DNA of 64,000 nt from Acidobacteriota bacterium (GCA_031376505.1 JANMDX010000018.1:24214-88213), one strand, 5' to 3'. Numbered from the stretch's first letter, positions 36,401 to 45,052 are shown. The notes: generated from the sequence alone by a model not told the origin. Program-made: numbers and translations.

Positions 36401-37356
36401 GCGCCGGCCCCATCAGGGATGGCGCGCAGCAGTTCACGCTCGCGAGCAATGAGGGCGTGTCTGGCTTCGGCTCGTGTACAGGAGACGAAGCGCAGCGCGT
36501 CGCCAGGGCCCAGCTGGCCGGCCAGCGGAAGGTCGGCGGTGATGACGGTGGCAATCTTCGGATAGCCTCCGGCCGTCTGCCGATCCGCCATCAACAGGAT
36601 CGGCGCTCCTCCGGCCGGTACCTGGATCGCGCCGAATGGGACGGGCTCTGAGAGCAGTTCCTCCGACTGCAAGGTCGTGAGCACTGGCCCTTCGAGCCGG
36701 AATCCCATCCGATTGGACTGCGGCGACACGCGGAAGACTTCGCGCAGCAGAGCCTCAATCGACGGCCGTGAGAAACGCGAGTCCTGTGGGCCAAGCATCA
36801 CGCGCAGCGCTGGCGTTGCCGCAGCGTCGAACCGCTGGACCCTGACGGCGGCCCGGGGCGTGATGGTCCACGAGACACGTCCCACCGGGAGCGAGTCGCC
36901 ACTGATCAGCGCGCGGCCGGCCACGCCGCCCATGCCACTCAGGAGGTGCGTGGAACGGCTGCCGAGTACCATCGGCGTCTCGATCCCCCCGGCCACGGCG
37001 AGATAGGCACGGCTTTCCGCACGGCGCTGGCCGAAGCGCAACGTGGCCCCTGGCTCGAGTGCAAACGCGGTCTGGTGCGCGACCGGCCGGCCATCAACGC
37101 TCAGCACGAATTCGGCGCCAGTCACGGCGGCCACCAGGGCCTGCTCCGCCCGCAGTTCAGGGCCGATCAGCGTCACCTCGAGTGTGGCGGCGGTGGCGGC
37201 GTTACCCACGAGGGCGTTGGCCAGACGATGGGCGAACGTGTCCATGGCACCACAAACCGGCACGCCGCGCGACTGACTGCCCCAGCGCCCGAGGTCCTGC
37301 ACCGTGGTGAGCAACCCGGGCCGGACCACGGTCAGGCCCGTCTGACTTACGTCCAT
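36397..37356 (-). CDS. pxpC: 5-oxoprolinase subunit C / KipA (allophanate hydrolase subunit 2) family protein
   Basis: GLLTTVQDLGRWG, SNRMGFRLEG and ADRQTAGGYPKIA motifs. Confidence 0.85.
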   Translation of the reverse strand: MDVSQTGLTVVRPGLLTTVQDLGRWGSQSRGVPVCGAMDTFAHRLANALVGNAATAATLEVTLIGPELRAEQALVAAVTGAEFVLSVDGRPVAHQTAFALEPGATLRFGQRRAESRAYLAVAGGIETPMVLGSRSTHLLSGMGGVAGRALISGDSLPVGRVSWTITPRAAVRVQRFDAAATPALRVMLGPQDSRFSRPSIEALLREVFRVSPQSNRMGFRLEGPVLTTLQSEELLSEPVPFGAIQVPAGGAPILLMADRQTAGGYPKIATVITADLPLAGQLGPGDALRFVSCTRAEARHALIARERELLRAIPDGAGA

Positions 37357-38048
37357 GGGCCACCGGCGCGGAGGTCCCAGTCGTCCGGAGCCATGGCGAC
37401 GAAACGCACGCAGTCACCGGCCCGGAGCAGCGCGGGCTCCTCGCGGTCCACGTCGAACATCCGCCACGGCGTGCGGCCGATGATCTGCCAGCCGCCGGGG
37501 CTGTCGCAGGGATAGACGCCGGTCTGCTGGCCGGCGATTCCCACGCTGCCGGCTGGCACCAGTGGGCGCGGCGCCGCGCGGCGGGACATCGCGATGGTCG
37601 TCTCCACCGAGCCGAGATACGCGAATCCTGGCAGGAAGCCGAGCATGTAGACGCGATAGGTCTGCCGCGCGTGACGCGCCACGACCTCGTGACTCGAGCA
37701 TCCGGCCCACGCCGCGACAGCATCGAGGTCTGGACCATGGACGCCGCCGTAGCAGACTGGGACTTCGACCACCCGGGCCGGCGTGTCCGGGCCGGCCGCA
37801 CGGTCCCAGGCGTGAGTCACGACCTGCTCGAGGGCCGTGCCGTCGAAGTACAGCGGATCCACGTGCACTCCCACCGACGCGTAGCCGGGAACCACGTCAC
37901 GTACTCCGGCGACCCTGGCCTCGACGATCGCTTGCGCCAACGTCACGACCCGCGCGTTGACCTCGGGCGACATCTGCGCCTCGAACTCCACCAGCACGAG
38001 CGCGTCGCCGGAATGGTGCAGTCGCGGGCGCGCGAGTGTGGCCGTCAC
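37347..38048 (-). CDS. pxpB: 5-oxoprolinase subunit B / KipI (allophanate hydrolase subunit 1) family protein
   Basis: VPGYASVGVHVDP, MLGFLPGFAYLG and GIAGQQTGVYPCDSPGGWQIIGRTP. GTG start in a GTGA overlap with the mpl stop. Confidence 0.85.
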   Translation of the reverse strand: MTATLARPRLHHSGDALVLVEFEAQMSPEVNARVVTLAQAIVEARVAGVRDVVPGYASVGVHVDPLYFDGTALEQVVTHAWDRAAGPDTPARVVEVPVCYGGVHGPDLDAVAAWAGCSSHEVVARHARQTYRVYMLGFLPGFAYLGSVETTIAMSRRAAPRPLVPAGSVGIAGQQTGVYPCDSPGGWQIIGRTPWRMFDVDREEPALLRAGDCVRFVAMAPDDWDLRAGGPWT

Positions 38049-39445
38049 GCCAAGGCCTCGAGCAGCTGCGCATGGATGCCGTCGAAGCCGCCGTTGGACA
38101 TGATGACGATGTCGTCGCCCGCAGCCGCCTCGGCGGCCAGGTGCGCCACGATGGCCGCGACGTTGGGCAGTTGCCGCGCCGACACGCCCGCCGCGCGCAC
38201 ATCGTCGATGAGCTGCGCCCCCGACAGTCGCAGTGCCTCAGGCAGCGTGCTGCGATACACCGGAGCGATCACCACTTCGTCGGCCGCCGCAAACGCCTTC
38301 GCGAAGGCGTCCTGGAACACGCGCCGGCACGACGAAGCGGAGCGTGGCTCGAACACGGTCCATAGCCGGTGGCCCGGCCTGGATGCGCGCATCGCGGCGA
38401 TGGTCTCCGCCACGGCGGTGGGGTGGTGCGCGAAGTCGTCATACACCGTGATGCCGCGCCGTTCTCCAACCACCTCGAGCCGGCGCTTCACGCCGGCAAA
38501 GGTGGCCAGTCCCGCTCGGATGGCCGCCATGCTCAGCCCGCACTCGTGGCCGATCGCGACGGCCGCTAGCGCGTTGCGGACGTTGTGCGCGCCTCGTAGC
38601 GGCACCTCGAGTTCGCCGGCGAACCCGTCAGGGCCACCTACAAAGAAGCGGGTGCTGTCGCCCCGAGAGATGAGCGCGGTCGCCTGCCAGGTCGCGCCGT
38701 CGGTCGTGCCGAAGGTCTGCACCCGGCACCTGGCGTGCGGCGCGAGCGCCGCGGCCTCCGGACTATCGGCACCGAGCAGCACCAGTCCCCGACCGGGAAC
38801 GAGCATCACCAACCTGGTAAACGCCAGTCGGACGGCCGCCAGGTCAGGATAGATATCGGCGTGGTCGAACTCCACGTTGTTCACGACGGCGATGTCGGGC
38901 AGGTATTTCAAGAACTTCGCTGTCTTGTCAAAGTACGCGCTGTCGTATTCGTCACCCTCGATCACAAACGCCCGGCCGCCCCCGACGCGATAGCTGGCGC
39001 CGCCGGCGCCGAAGTTCTTGGCGATGCCGCCGACGAGCATCGATGGGTCCGCGCCACCGCTCGTGAGCACCCATGCCGCCAGCGACGTCGTCGTCGTCTT
39101 CCCGTGGGTGCCCGCCACCACGATCGCGTCGGCGTTCCACAGGAACGTGTCGCGGATGGTCTCCGGCAAGGACGCATACCGGATCGACCGATCGAGCACG
39201 GCCTCGAGCTCAGCGTTCCCGCGGGAGATCGCGTTCCCCACGACGACGAGATCGAGGTCGTCGGCAATGTGCGCGGCGGCGTAGCCCTCGAGGATCGGAA
39301 TGCCCTCGCCCGCCAGGAAATCGCTCATCGGTGGGTACACGTGCTCGTCAGAGCCCTGCACCTGGTCGCCGCGCGATTTCAGCAACGCCGCCAGCGTGGC
39401 CATGGCCGTGCCGCAGATGCCGATGAGATGGACGCGCCGCCCCAT
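38045..39445 (-). CDS. mpl: UDP-N-acetylmuramate:L-alanyl-gamma-D-glutamyl-meso-diaminopimelate ligase
   Basis: HLIGICGTAMATLAALLKSRG.V.GSD...YPPMSDFL is the Mpl-type N-terminus, followed by a Mur ligase central P-loop (VAGTHGKTTTTS). The start is trimmed to ATG 39445. Confidence 0.9.
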   Translation of the reverse strand: MGRRVHLIGICGTAMATLAALLKSRGDQVQGSDEHVYPPMSDFLAGEGIPILEGYAAAHIADDLDLVVVGNAISRGNAELEAVLDRSIRYASLPETIRDTFLWNADAIVVAGTHGKTTTTSLAAWVLTSGGADPSMLVGGIAKNFGAGGASYRVGGGRAFVIEGDEYDSAYFDKTAKFLKYLPDIAVVNNVEFDHADIYPDLAAVRLAFTRLVMLVPGRGLVLLGADSPEAAALAPHARCRVQTFGTTDGATWQATALISRGDSTRFFVGGPDGFAGELEVPLRGAHNVRNALAAVAIGHECGLSMAAIRAGLATFAGVKRRLEVVGERRGITVYDDFAHHPTAVAETIAAMRASRPGHRLWTVFEPRSASSCRRVFQDAFAKAFAAADEVVIAPVYRSTLPEALRLSGAQLIDDVRAAGVSARQLPNVAAIVAHLAAEAAAGDDIVIMSNGGFDGIHAQLLEALA

Positions 39446-40398
39446 CAGTAGACCGCAGGTTCTTCGATCGACAGGGCCGGCGCGGCGCCCGCGAGCAGAC
39501 GCGCCGACACCCCGAACGGCAGCGTCAGTGCGGCGCCGACCGTGTGACCCGACGGAAAGCCGAATACGACTGGTCCGGGAAAGTGGGCGAACAGGTCGCG
39601 CAGAACGGCCCGCACCGTGGGCTCGCCGCCACCCTCGTCGCATCCAGGGAAGGTGCCCAGTACGACTCCCGTCACATGCCGGAACATCCCGGCTTGGTGA
39701 AGCTGCGTCACCAGACGATCGATGCGGTACGGCCGCTCACCGACGTCCTCGAGAAACAGCACACTCGGCTCGCTCGGGAGGCAGGCGAAGGGCGTGCCCA
39801 GCAGCGACGCCAATTGAGTGAGCGTGCCGCCGACGAGCACGCCGGCGGCCTCGCCGGGCCGAAACACCTCGAGTCCGGCCGGCGCCAGCGTGCCCATGGC
39901 CACGGGCTGCGTTACGGCGGCGAGCAGCGACGCCCGGTCGTAGCCCGCGTGTCCCTGCGCGAGGCGTCCCTCGACCATAGGGCCGTGAAACGCCACCACG
40001 CCGTGCGCGACCTGCCACGCCAGCAGCGCCGTCAGATCGCTGTAGCCCACAAACACCTTCGGGTCGGCAACCAGCCATCGTGGGTCGAGCATCGGCAGGA
40101 GCTGCTGACTGCCATACCCGCCTCGAACTGCCACGATGCCGCGAATGGCGGGGTCGCCCCACGCGTCGGCCAGCGCCGAGGCGCGCACTGCCGGCAGACC
40201 CGCGACGTAGCCATGGCGGGCCTTCACGCGATCGTCGTAGACCGGCTCGAAACCAAGCGCGCGTAACTCGTCGGCACCCCGTTCGAGGTCCTCAGCCTTC
40301 ACGGGACTGGCTGGGGCGACCAGGGCGATGCGGTCGCCGGGCTGCAGCCGTCGGGGCCGCCTGCGCCCCGACTCGGTGCGCGCGTCTGCTGTGATCAC
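39445..40398 (-). CDS. ldcA: LD-carboxypeptidase (S66, muramoyltetrapeptide carboxypeptidase)
   Basis: GDRIALVAPASP, GYSDLTALL (nucleophile Ser) and GFPSGH. GTG start in a GTGA overlap with the nagZ stop. The longer track ORF would overlap nagZ. Confidence 0.85.
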   Translation of the reverse strand: MITADARTESGRRRPRRLQPGDRIALVAPASPVKAEDLERGADELRALGFEPVYDDRVKARHGYVAGLPAVRASALADAWGDPAIRGIVAVRGGYGSQQLLPMLDPRWLVADPKVFVGYSDLTALLAWQVAHGVVAFHGPMVEGRLAQGHAGYDRASLLAAVTQPVAMGTLAPAGLEVFRPGEAAGVLVGGTLTQLASLLGTPFACLPSEPSVLFLEDVGERPYRIDRLVTQLHQAGMFRHVTGVVLGTFPGCDEGGGEPTVRAVLRDLFAHFPGPVVFGFPSGHTVGAALTLPFGVSARLLAGAAPALSIEEPAVY

Positions 40399-41489
40399 GC
40401 GAACGCCGCCATTTCGGCCGCCACGATCTGGTGTTCCTCGCAGCCCACGACGCCGCGCCAGGCCCGCAAGCGTTGGCGAATGGGCACGGTCGCGCCGCCT
40501 CCGAGGAAGCGCGTCTTCGTGCGGGTCATCCGCGCCAACGCATCGTCGACGCGCGCCAGCGAGAGTGCGCCCGACTCCACTGCCTTCACAAGCGCTTCGA
40601 GAGTAGCGACCTGCACTTCGACGTTGCCACTGCACACGAGGACCGCGTCGCACCCGGCGGCGATCGCGGCCACGGCCGCCTCCGGCGGCGGCCACGACTT
40701 GGCGATGGCTCCCATGTCGAGGTCATCGCTCACCACGACGCCGCCGAAGCCCAGCTCGTCGCGCAACAGGCGCAACACCGCGGGTGACAGCGTGGCCGGC
40801 CGAGCGTCGTCAATCGACGGCACGACTACGTGGGCCGTCATGACGAAGGCCACGCCCGCCTCGATGGCCGCCCGGAACGGTCGAAACTCCACCGCGCGCA
40901 AGCGGTCCGGAGCGTGGTCGACATACGCAAGATCACGGTGTGAGTCGACGGTAGTGTCGCCATGGCCAGGGAAGTGCTTTCCACACGCCGCCACGCCGGC
41001 ATTCTGAAGGGCGGTGATGATCGCCACGCCGAGCGCCGACGCCGTCTCGACGTCTGCCGAGAGCGACCGATCGCCGATGACCGGATTACTGGGATTGGTG
41101 TTCAGGTCGAGCACCGGTGCAAAGTCGAGCGTCACGCCCACGGCCCGTAACTCGCGGGCCAGGGCCACGGCAAAGCGCGTCGCGAGTTCGGCCGACGGCG
41201 CGCGGCCGAGCGCGGCCATCGGCGGCCACACCGTGAAAGGCTCCCGCAGGCGCGCGACCCGGCCACCCTCCTGGTCCACGCCCACCCACGCGGTGGATCC
41301 TACGCCGAGGCACTCACTGGCAAATGCGAGTTCGAGCACCTGCTCTGGGCTCTCCACGTTGCGCGCAAACAGGATGACGCCACCGAGGTCGAACTCGCGG
41401 GCGAGCGCACGAAGTTCCACGGTGACCTCGCGGCCGGGAAGACTCCCGATGAGCAATTGACCGATACGGCGACGGACTGGGACGGGCAT
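40395..41489 (-). CDS. nagZ: Beta-N-acetylhexosaminidase (GH3)
   Basis: GH3 NagZ motifs (GGVILF.RN, VDQEGGRV, KHFPGHGDT..DSH). Confidence 0.9.
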   Translation of the reverse strand: MPVPVRRRIGQLLIGSLPGREVTVELRALAREFDLGGVILFARNVESPEQVLELAFASECLGVGSTAWVGVDQEGGRVARLREPFTVWPPMAALGRAPSAELATRFAVALARELRAVGVTLDFAPVLDLNTNPSNPVIGDRSLSADVETASALGVAIITALQNAGVAACGKHFPGHGDTTVDSHRDLAYVDHAPDRLRAVEFRPFRAAIEAGVAFVMTAHVVVPSIDDARPATLSPAVLRLLRDELGFGGVVVSDDLDMGAIAKSWPPPEAAVAAIAAGCDAVLVCSGNVEVQVATLEALVKAVESGALSLARVDDALARMTRTKTRFLGGGATVPIRQRLRAWRGVVGCEEHQIVAAEMAAFA

Positions 41490-41503
41490 GGGTGTGGGAG
41501 CAT

Positions 41504-41509
41504 TATAAT
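41504..41509 (+). promoter_or_regulatory. Perfect TATAAT hexamer in the 26-bp nagZ/GHMP-kinase divergent spacer
   Basis: TATAAT is read at 41504-41509. Six nt separate it from the GTG at 41516. No convincing -35 element is present. Confidence 0.3.
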
Positions 41510-41515
41510 TCCGCC

Positions 41516-42514
41516 GTGACCGTTACCGCGTCGGCTCCGACCCGCGTCGATCTCGCCGGCGGGACCATCGACATCTGGCCGCTCTATCTGTTTCACCCGG
41601 GCGCCCAGACACTCAACGCCGCCGTCAGCTTGCGCGCGTACGTCCGCCTCGCGCCGCGCACCGACGGACGGCTCCTGCTGGCGTCTGACGACTTGGGCAT
41701 CTCGACCGGCCCGCTCGAATACGACGACCTCCCCGCTGACACGACCTTGCCCCTCTTGGCGAAGTTGGCGCACGCCTTCGGCGCACGCGGCGTCACGATC
41801 ACGACCTCCAGCCAGGCGCCCGCCGGCGCCGGCATCGCCGGCTCTTCGGCACTGAATATCGCCGTCTCGGCCGCGCTCGCCCGGTGGACCGGCCGTGCGG
41901 TCGGCGACGACGACCTGCTCGAGGTCGCCAAGAACGTCGAGGCCCAGGTCATCGGCGTGCCCACGGGACTGCAGGACTACCGCCCTGCCCTGCACGGCGG
42001 CGTGGCCGCGATCGAGCTCGGCGTGCACGGCGCCCGGCGTGTGGCTCTGTCGGTCGACCCGGCGCAACTCTCAGCACGACTCGCCCTGTGCTACACCGGC
42101 GCGCCCCGCCAGTCCGGTATCAACAACTGGGAGATCACCAAGCGCCGGATCGACGGTGACGCCCAGGTGATTCGCTCCTTCACCGAGATCGTGGCGGCCA
42201 CACGGGCCATGCGTGCGGCGCTTGAACGCGGTGAGTGGCGCGAGGCCGGCGCGTCTCTGGCCGCCGAGTGGCAGACCCGGAAGCAACTGGCGCCTGGCGT
42301 CACGACGCCGGAGATCGACGCCTTGCTGGCGACGGCGGTCGCCGCCGGAGCCTGGGCCGGCAAGGTTTGCGGCGCTGGTGGCGGCGGCTGCGTATTCGCC
42401 CTTGCGCCGCCCGAGGCCATTGATGCGGTGCGACAGGCCTGGGCCGCGAGGGGCGCCACGGTGCTCGATGCCGCGGTCGAGTCTCGCGGTGTCATCGTGA
42501 GCGAGGAGCCCTGA
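41516..42514 (+). CDS. GHMP-family sugar kinase (HddA / fucokinase / sugar-1-kinase-like)
   Basis: N-terminal APTRVDLAGGTIDIWP and the GHMP motif II PAGAGIAGSSALNIAVSAAL. The GTG 41516 start gives the family-typical N-terminus. Confidence 0.75.
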   Translation: MTVTASAPTRVDLAGGTIDIWPLYLFHPGAQTLNAAVSLRAYVRLAPRTDGRLLLASDDLGISTGPLEYDDLPADTTLPLLAKLAHAFGARGVTITTSSQAPAGAGIAGSSALNIAVSAALARWTGRAVGDDDLLEVAKNVEAQVIGVPTGLQDYRPALHGGVAAIELGVHGARRVALSVDPAQLSARLALCYTGAPRQSGINNWEITKRRIDGDAQVIRSFTEIVAATRAMRAALERGEWREAGASLAAEWQTRKQLAPGVTTPEIDALLATAVAAGAWAGKVCGAGGGGCVFALAPPEAIDAVRQAWAARGATVLDAAVESRGVIVSEEP

Positions 42515-42515
42515 C

Positions 42516-42803
42516 ATGTCCCGTCCCCCGGATGCCGCCGAGCAAATCAGGCGGCTCTACTTCGACGCCACGAAGAGGACCATCGCCGCGGACCTCGAGC
42601 GGGCGATCGCGTTGCTCATCTCGCTCGAGTCCGACGAGGCGCGCGCACGCGTCGCCGTGTACATGGACGGGCTCTCGCAGATGCGTTCGGAGTGGGCCGT
42701 CAGCCCTGCCGCCGCATCAGCGGCGCCTTCAGCATCGCCGCCAGCGCGCGCCGCACGGCCCAAGCGGCCGGCGCGCGACGGCGTCAAGCGCCCGACGCCT
42801 TGA
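42516..42803 (+). CDS. Hypothetical small protein (95 aa)
   Basis: The ATG lies 1 nt after the GHMP kinase stop, suggesting translational coupling. Helical N-terminal part and Ala/Pro/Arg-rich tail. No family recognised. Confidence 0.45.
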   Translation: MSRPPDAAEQIRRLYFDATKRTIAADLERAIALLISLESDEARARVAVYMDGLSQMRSEWAVSPAAASAAPSASPPARAARPKRPARDGVKRPTP

Positions 42804-43572
42804 CTATCCGCTTGCGCGCCGCCAGTCGCAGCGGCTCGGGAATGTTGCGATCGACCGCGAGCGACCGCACGTCGCGGTCGATCAGTCGCTGCATCAGATT
42901 CAGCGACATCGCGACCGGCGTCTTGGGATTCTTCACGAGCGCGTGCGCCACGCCGTAGTTCTTGACCCAGCCGCGGTTCTGCGCGATGGCGCGCAGCACG
43001 TCATCAGACACGTTGGTCATCTTGGCGAAACGCTCGACCTCCGAGGTCGAGAGCTTGGGCGACGACAGCACCGCCGAGGCCACCATCTTGTTGGGATCGC
43101 GAATGAGCAAGGCGCGAGCCTCACGCGAGCCCTTCATCGCCGCGCGCACGCGCTCCACGATGCCCATCTGCTGAATCTGCTGAGTGATCGATAAGGTGTC
43201 GCTGTCGTCCTCCACGGCCGCGTCATCGGTCGAAGGGAACGCCGCGTCGGGAGTCTCCACGAGGGGCGCGTCACTGTCGACGTCGCCGCCCGGCGGACCC
43301 GGCGCCGGACTGATGCCGCGCGCGGCAAAGAACCGCAGGAGGTCCGCGGGCGTATCGGTACGCGCCAGCACCACGCCGATCGCAGCGGCCGGAATGGCCG
43401 CCAGCGTGCGCTCTGCCGTCGCGCGCACGTCCTCATCGGCGTCGTCCACGAGCATCGCAAAGAGCGCCAGCTGCTCCTGTCCGCGCGGCGCGACCAGGCC
43501 TGCGGCGGCGTCCATGCGCACCTCTGTGGGGACGTCGGCACGCCGGAACGCATCCACCAGCGGACTCCGCAT
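42784..43572 (-). CDS. Hypothetical helical-repeat protein (HEAT/LRV-like, NPxTP-type repeats)
   Basis: Repeated helix-turn units (LIRDPNKMVASAVLSSPKLS.., LVKNPKTPVAMSL..). The start is trimmed to ATG 43572, after the upstream stop. Confidence 0.5.
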   Translation of the reverse strand: MRSPLVDAFRRADVPTEVRMDAAAGLVAPRGQEQLALFAMLVDDADEDVRATAERTLAAIPAAAIGVVLARTDTPADLLRFFAARGISPAPGPPGGDVDSDAPLVETPDAAFPSTDDAAVEDDSDTLSITQQIQQMGIVERVRAAMKGSREARALLIRDPNKMVASAVLSSPKLSTSEVERFAKMTNVSDDVLRAIAQNRGWVKNYGVAHALVKNPKTPVAMSLNLMQRLIDRDVRSLAVDRNIPEPLRLAARKRIVKASGA

Positions 43573-43583
43573 CCCGACGTCCA

Positions 43584-44069
43584 CTACGAGGCCCTCCAGG
43601 CGGCGGTGACGTGCGCATACGCGATCGCCGCGTGGTCTCGCGTGGGAGCGGCGGCGCCCGCGGTGGCGCGCTGCGTCCACTGCAGGACCACGATCGCCAG
43701 CAGCACGACCACCGCGACGATCAAGCCGACGAGGAGCCACGGCGAGATGTCCGACGTGCGTGACACCCGCATAGTCGCGTCAGCGACCGGCCCGCTCTGC
43801 CGCCCTGGCGGCGGCAAGTCGTCGGGGTGGCGCTCGAGAAACGCCAGCAGCGTCGCCTCCGGATCGAGTCCGATCTCTCGTGCGTAGGCCCGCACGACCG
43901 ACCGCCGGAAGATGCCCGGCGGCAGCCGGTCCACCTGGTTGCGTTCGAGCGCGTCGAGCGTGCGAACCCCGAGTTTGGTCACGTCGGCGACCTCGCGCAG
44001 CGAACGGCCGGCCGCTTCCCGTTTCGCGCGCAGGACGAGGCCCAGATCGTCGGTTGGCTCCACTTCCAC
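43584..44069 (-). CDS. RodZ-like helix-turn-helix membrane protein (short form)
   Basis: XRE/HTH_25 N-terminus (LGLVLRAKREAAGRSLREVADVTKLGVRTLDALE) and a single TM helix. No long periplasmic domain. GTG start. Confidence 0.65.
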   Translation of the reverse strand: MEVEPTDDLGLVLRAKREAAGRSLREVADVTKLGVRTLDALERNQVDRLPPGIFRRSVVRAYAREIGLDPEATLLAFLERHPDDLPPPGRQSGPVADATMRVSRTSDISPWLLVGLIVAVVVLLAIVVLQWTQRATAGAAAPTRDHAAIAYAHVTAAWRAS

Positions 44070-44117
44070 GCAACCCCTATTCTTGTGTCTTCCGAGTGAT
44101 TGGTAGAACTAATCATT

Positions 44118-44825
44118 TTAGGAGTCCGGTTCGCGCCCGTCAACGACCGCGCGCAGTTCCTCCATGGCCCGCACCACCCCGTCACCGGCACCTTCACCCG
44201 CCCGCGGCAGCACCCAGCCGATGGCGGCGATGCCGACGGCGCCCGCGGCGGCGATCGCCGGCCAGTCGGTCGCGGCCATCCCGCCGATCGCAAACACGGG
44301 CCGCGCGCTGGCGGCGACGACGCGTGCCAGGCCTGCCATACCGAGCGTTCGCGTGCCAGTCGACTTGGACGCCGTGTCGTGAACCGTGCCCGCCAACACC
44401 GCGTTTACCTCGCCGGCGCCTGACACTTCGGCCTCGTCGTGTGCGGCGCAGGAAATCCACGTAGCCGGCGGTAGCCACGGGCGTAGCCGATCGACCGGCA
44501 TCGAAGCGACTCTGAGGTGCAGGGCGGCACCGGCCGCCGCCGCCACGTCGGCGCGGTCGTTGACCACGACTCGCACGCGGCCACGCGACACCGCGGTCAG
44601 GGCCCGCACGAGTGTCAGTAATGCCGCTCCGCCGAGGTCAGCCTCGCGGACCTGGAAAAATTCCACCCCGCTGACAGCGGCGGCCTCGACCTGTTCGCTG
44701 AGCCACGCCGACGCCTCGTCGAGGGGACGCTGCAGTGCGGCACACAAGCGATGGCGGCTGCTCACGATGCCCACCCGCGGTGGCGCCAACCACAGCCCGA
44801 GCGGGGATGGCGCCGCGTCCGTCAC
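44118..44825 (-). CDS. ThiE/TenI-family (thiamine-phosphate synthase-like) protein
   Basis: VVNDRADVAAAAG, HL and FAIGGM patterns of the TMP-synthase TIM barrel. This is the second family member in the window. Confidence 0.6.
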   Translation of the reverse strand: MTDAAPSPLGLWLAPPRVGIVSSRHRLCAALQRPLDEASAWLSEQVEAAAVSGVEFFQVREADLGGAALLTLVRALTAVSRGRVRVVVNDRADVAAAAGAALHLRVASMPVDRLRPWLPPATWISCAAHDEAEVSGAGEVNAVLAGTVHDTASKSTGTRTLGMAGLARVVAASARPVFAIGGMAATDWPAIAAAGAVGIAAIGWVLPRAGEGAGDGVVRAMEELRAVVDGREPDS

Positions 44826-45052
44826 GAGGGAGAACGGCGGCGCACGAGCAGCGCCAGATCGGCCAGGGCGGCCAACAGATTGACCGCGCCCAGCCCAGTG
44901 ACGGCGCCGCGCACGTAGTTGTTCGTGACGAGCGCATTCACGCTCGGGGAGATCTGCGCAAAGTAGTTGCGCTCCCAGTACGCAGACCAGGGAACGACGA
45001 TCAGGAGCAGGCCCAGTTCGACGAGCAGGGCAATGATCAGGAGTCGGCGCAC
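44822..45052 (-). CDS. Small membrane protein (76 aa, two predicted TM helices)
   Basis: Hydrophobic segments LLIIALLVELGLLLIVV and GLGAVNLLAALADLALLV. There is a 4-nt overlap with the downstream ThiE-like gene. Confidence 0.5.
   Translation of the reverse strand: MRRLLIIALLVELGLLLIVVPWSAYWERNYFAQISPSVNALVTNNYVRGAVTGLGAVNLLAALADLALLVRRRSPS

Noticed and set aside
35051-36565. A 504-aa plus-strand ORF opposite murA/murB. Similar long antisense ORFs occur at 20134-21288, 22774-23748, 41300-42067, 45900-47072, 50129-51340, 54154-55317, 61411-62799 and 62649-63749.
   Set aside because: Each lies opposite a confidently identified housekeeping gene and has low-complexity, Arg-rich composition. None has start-site signals or recognisable domains.
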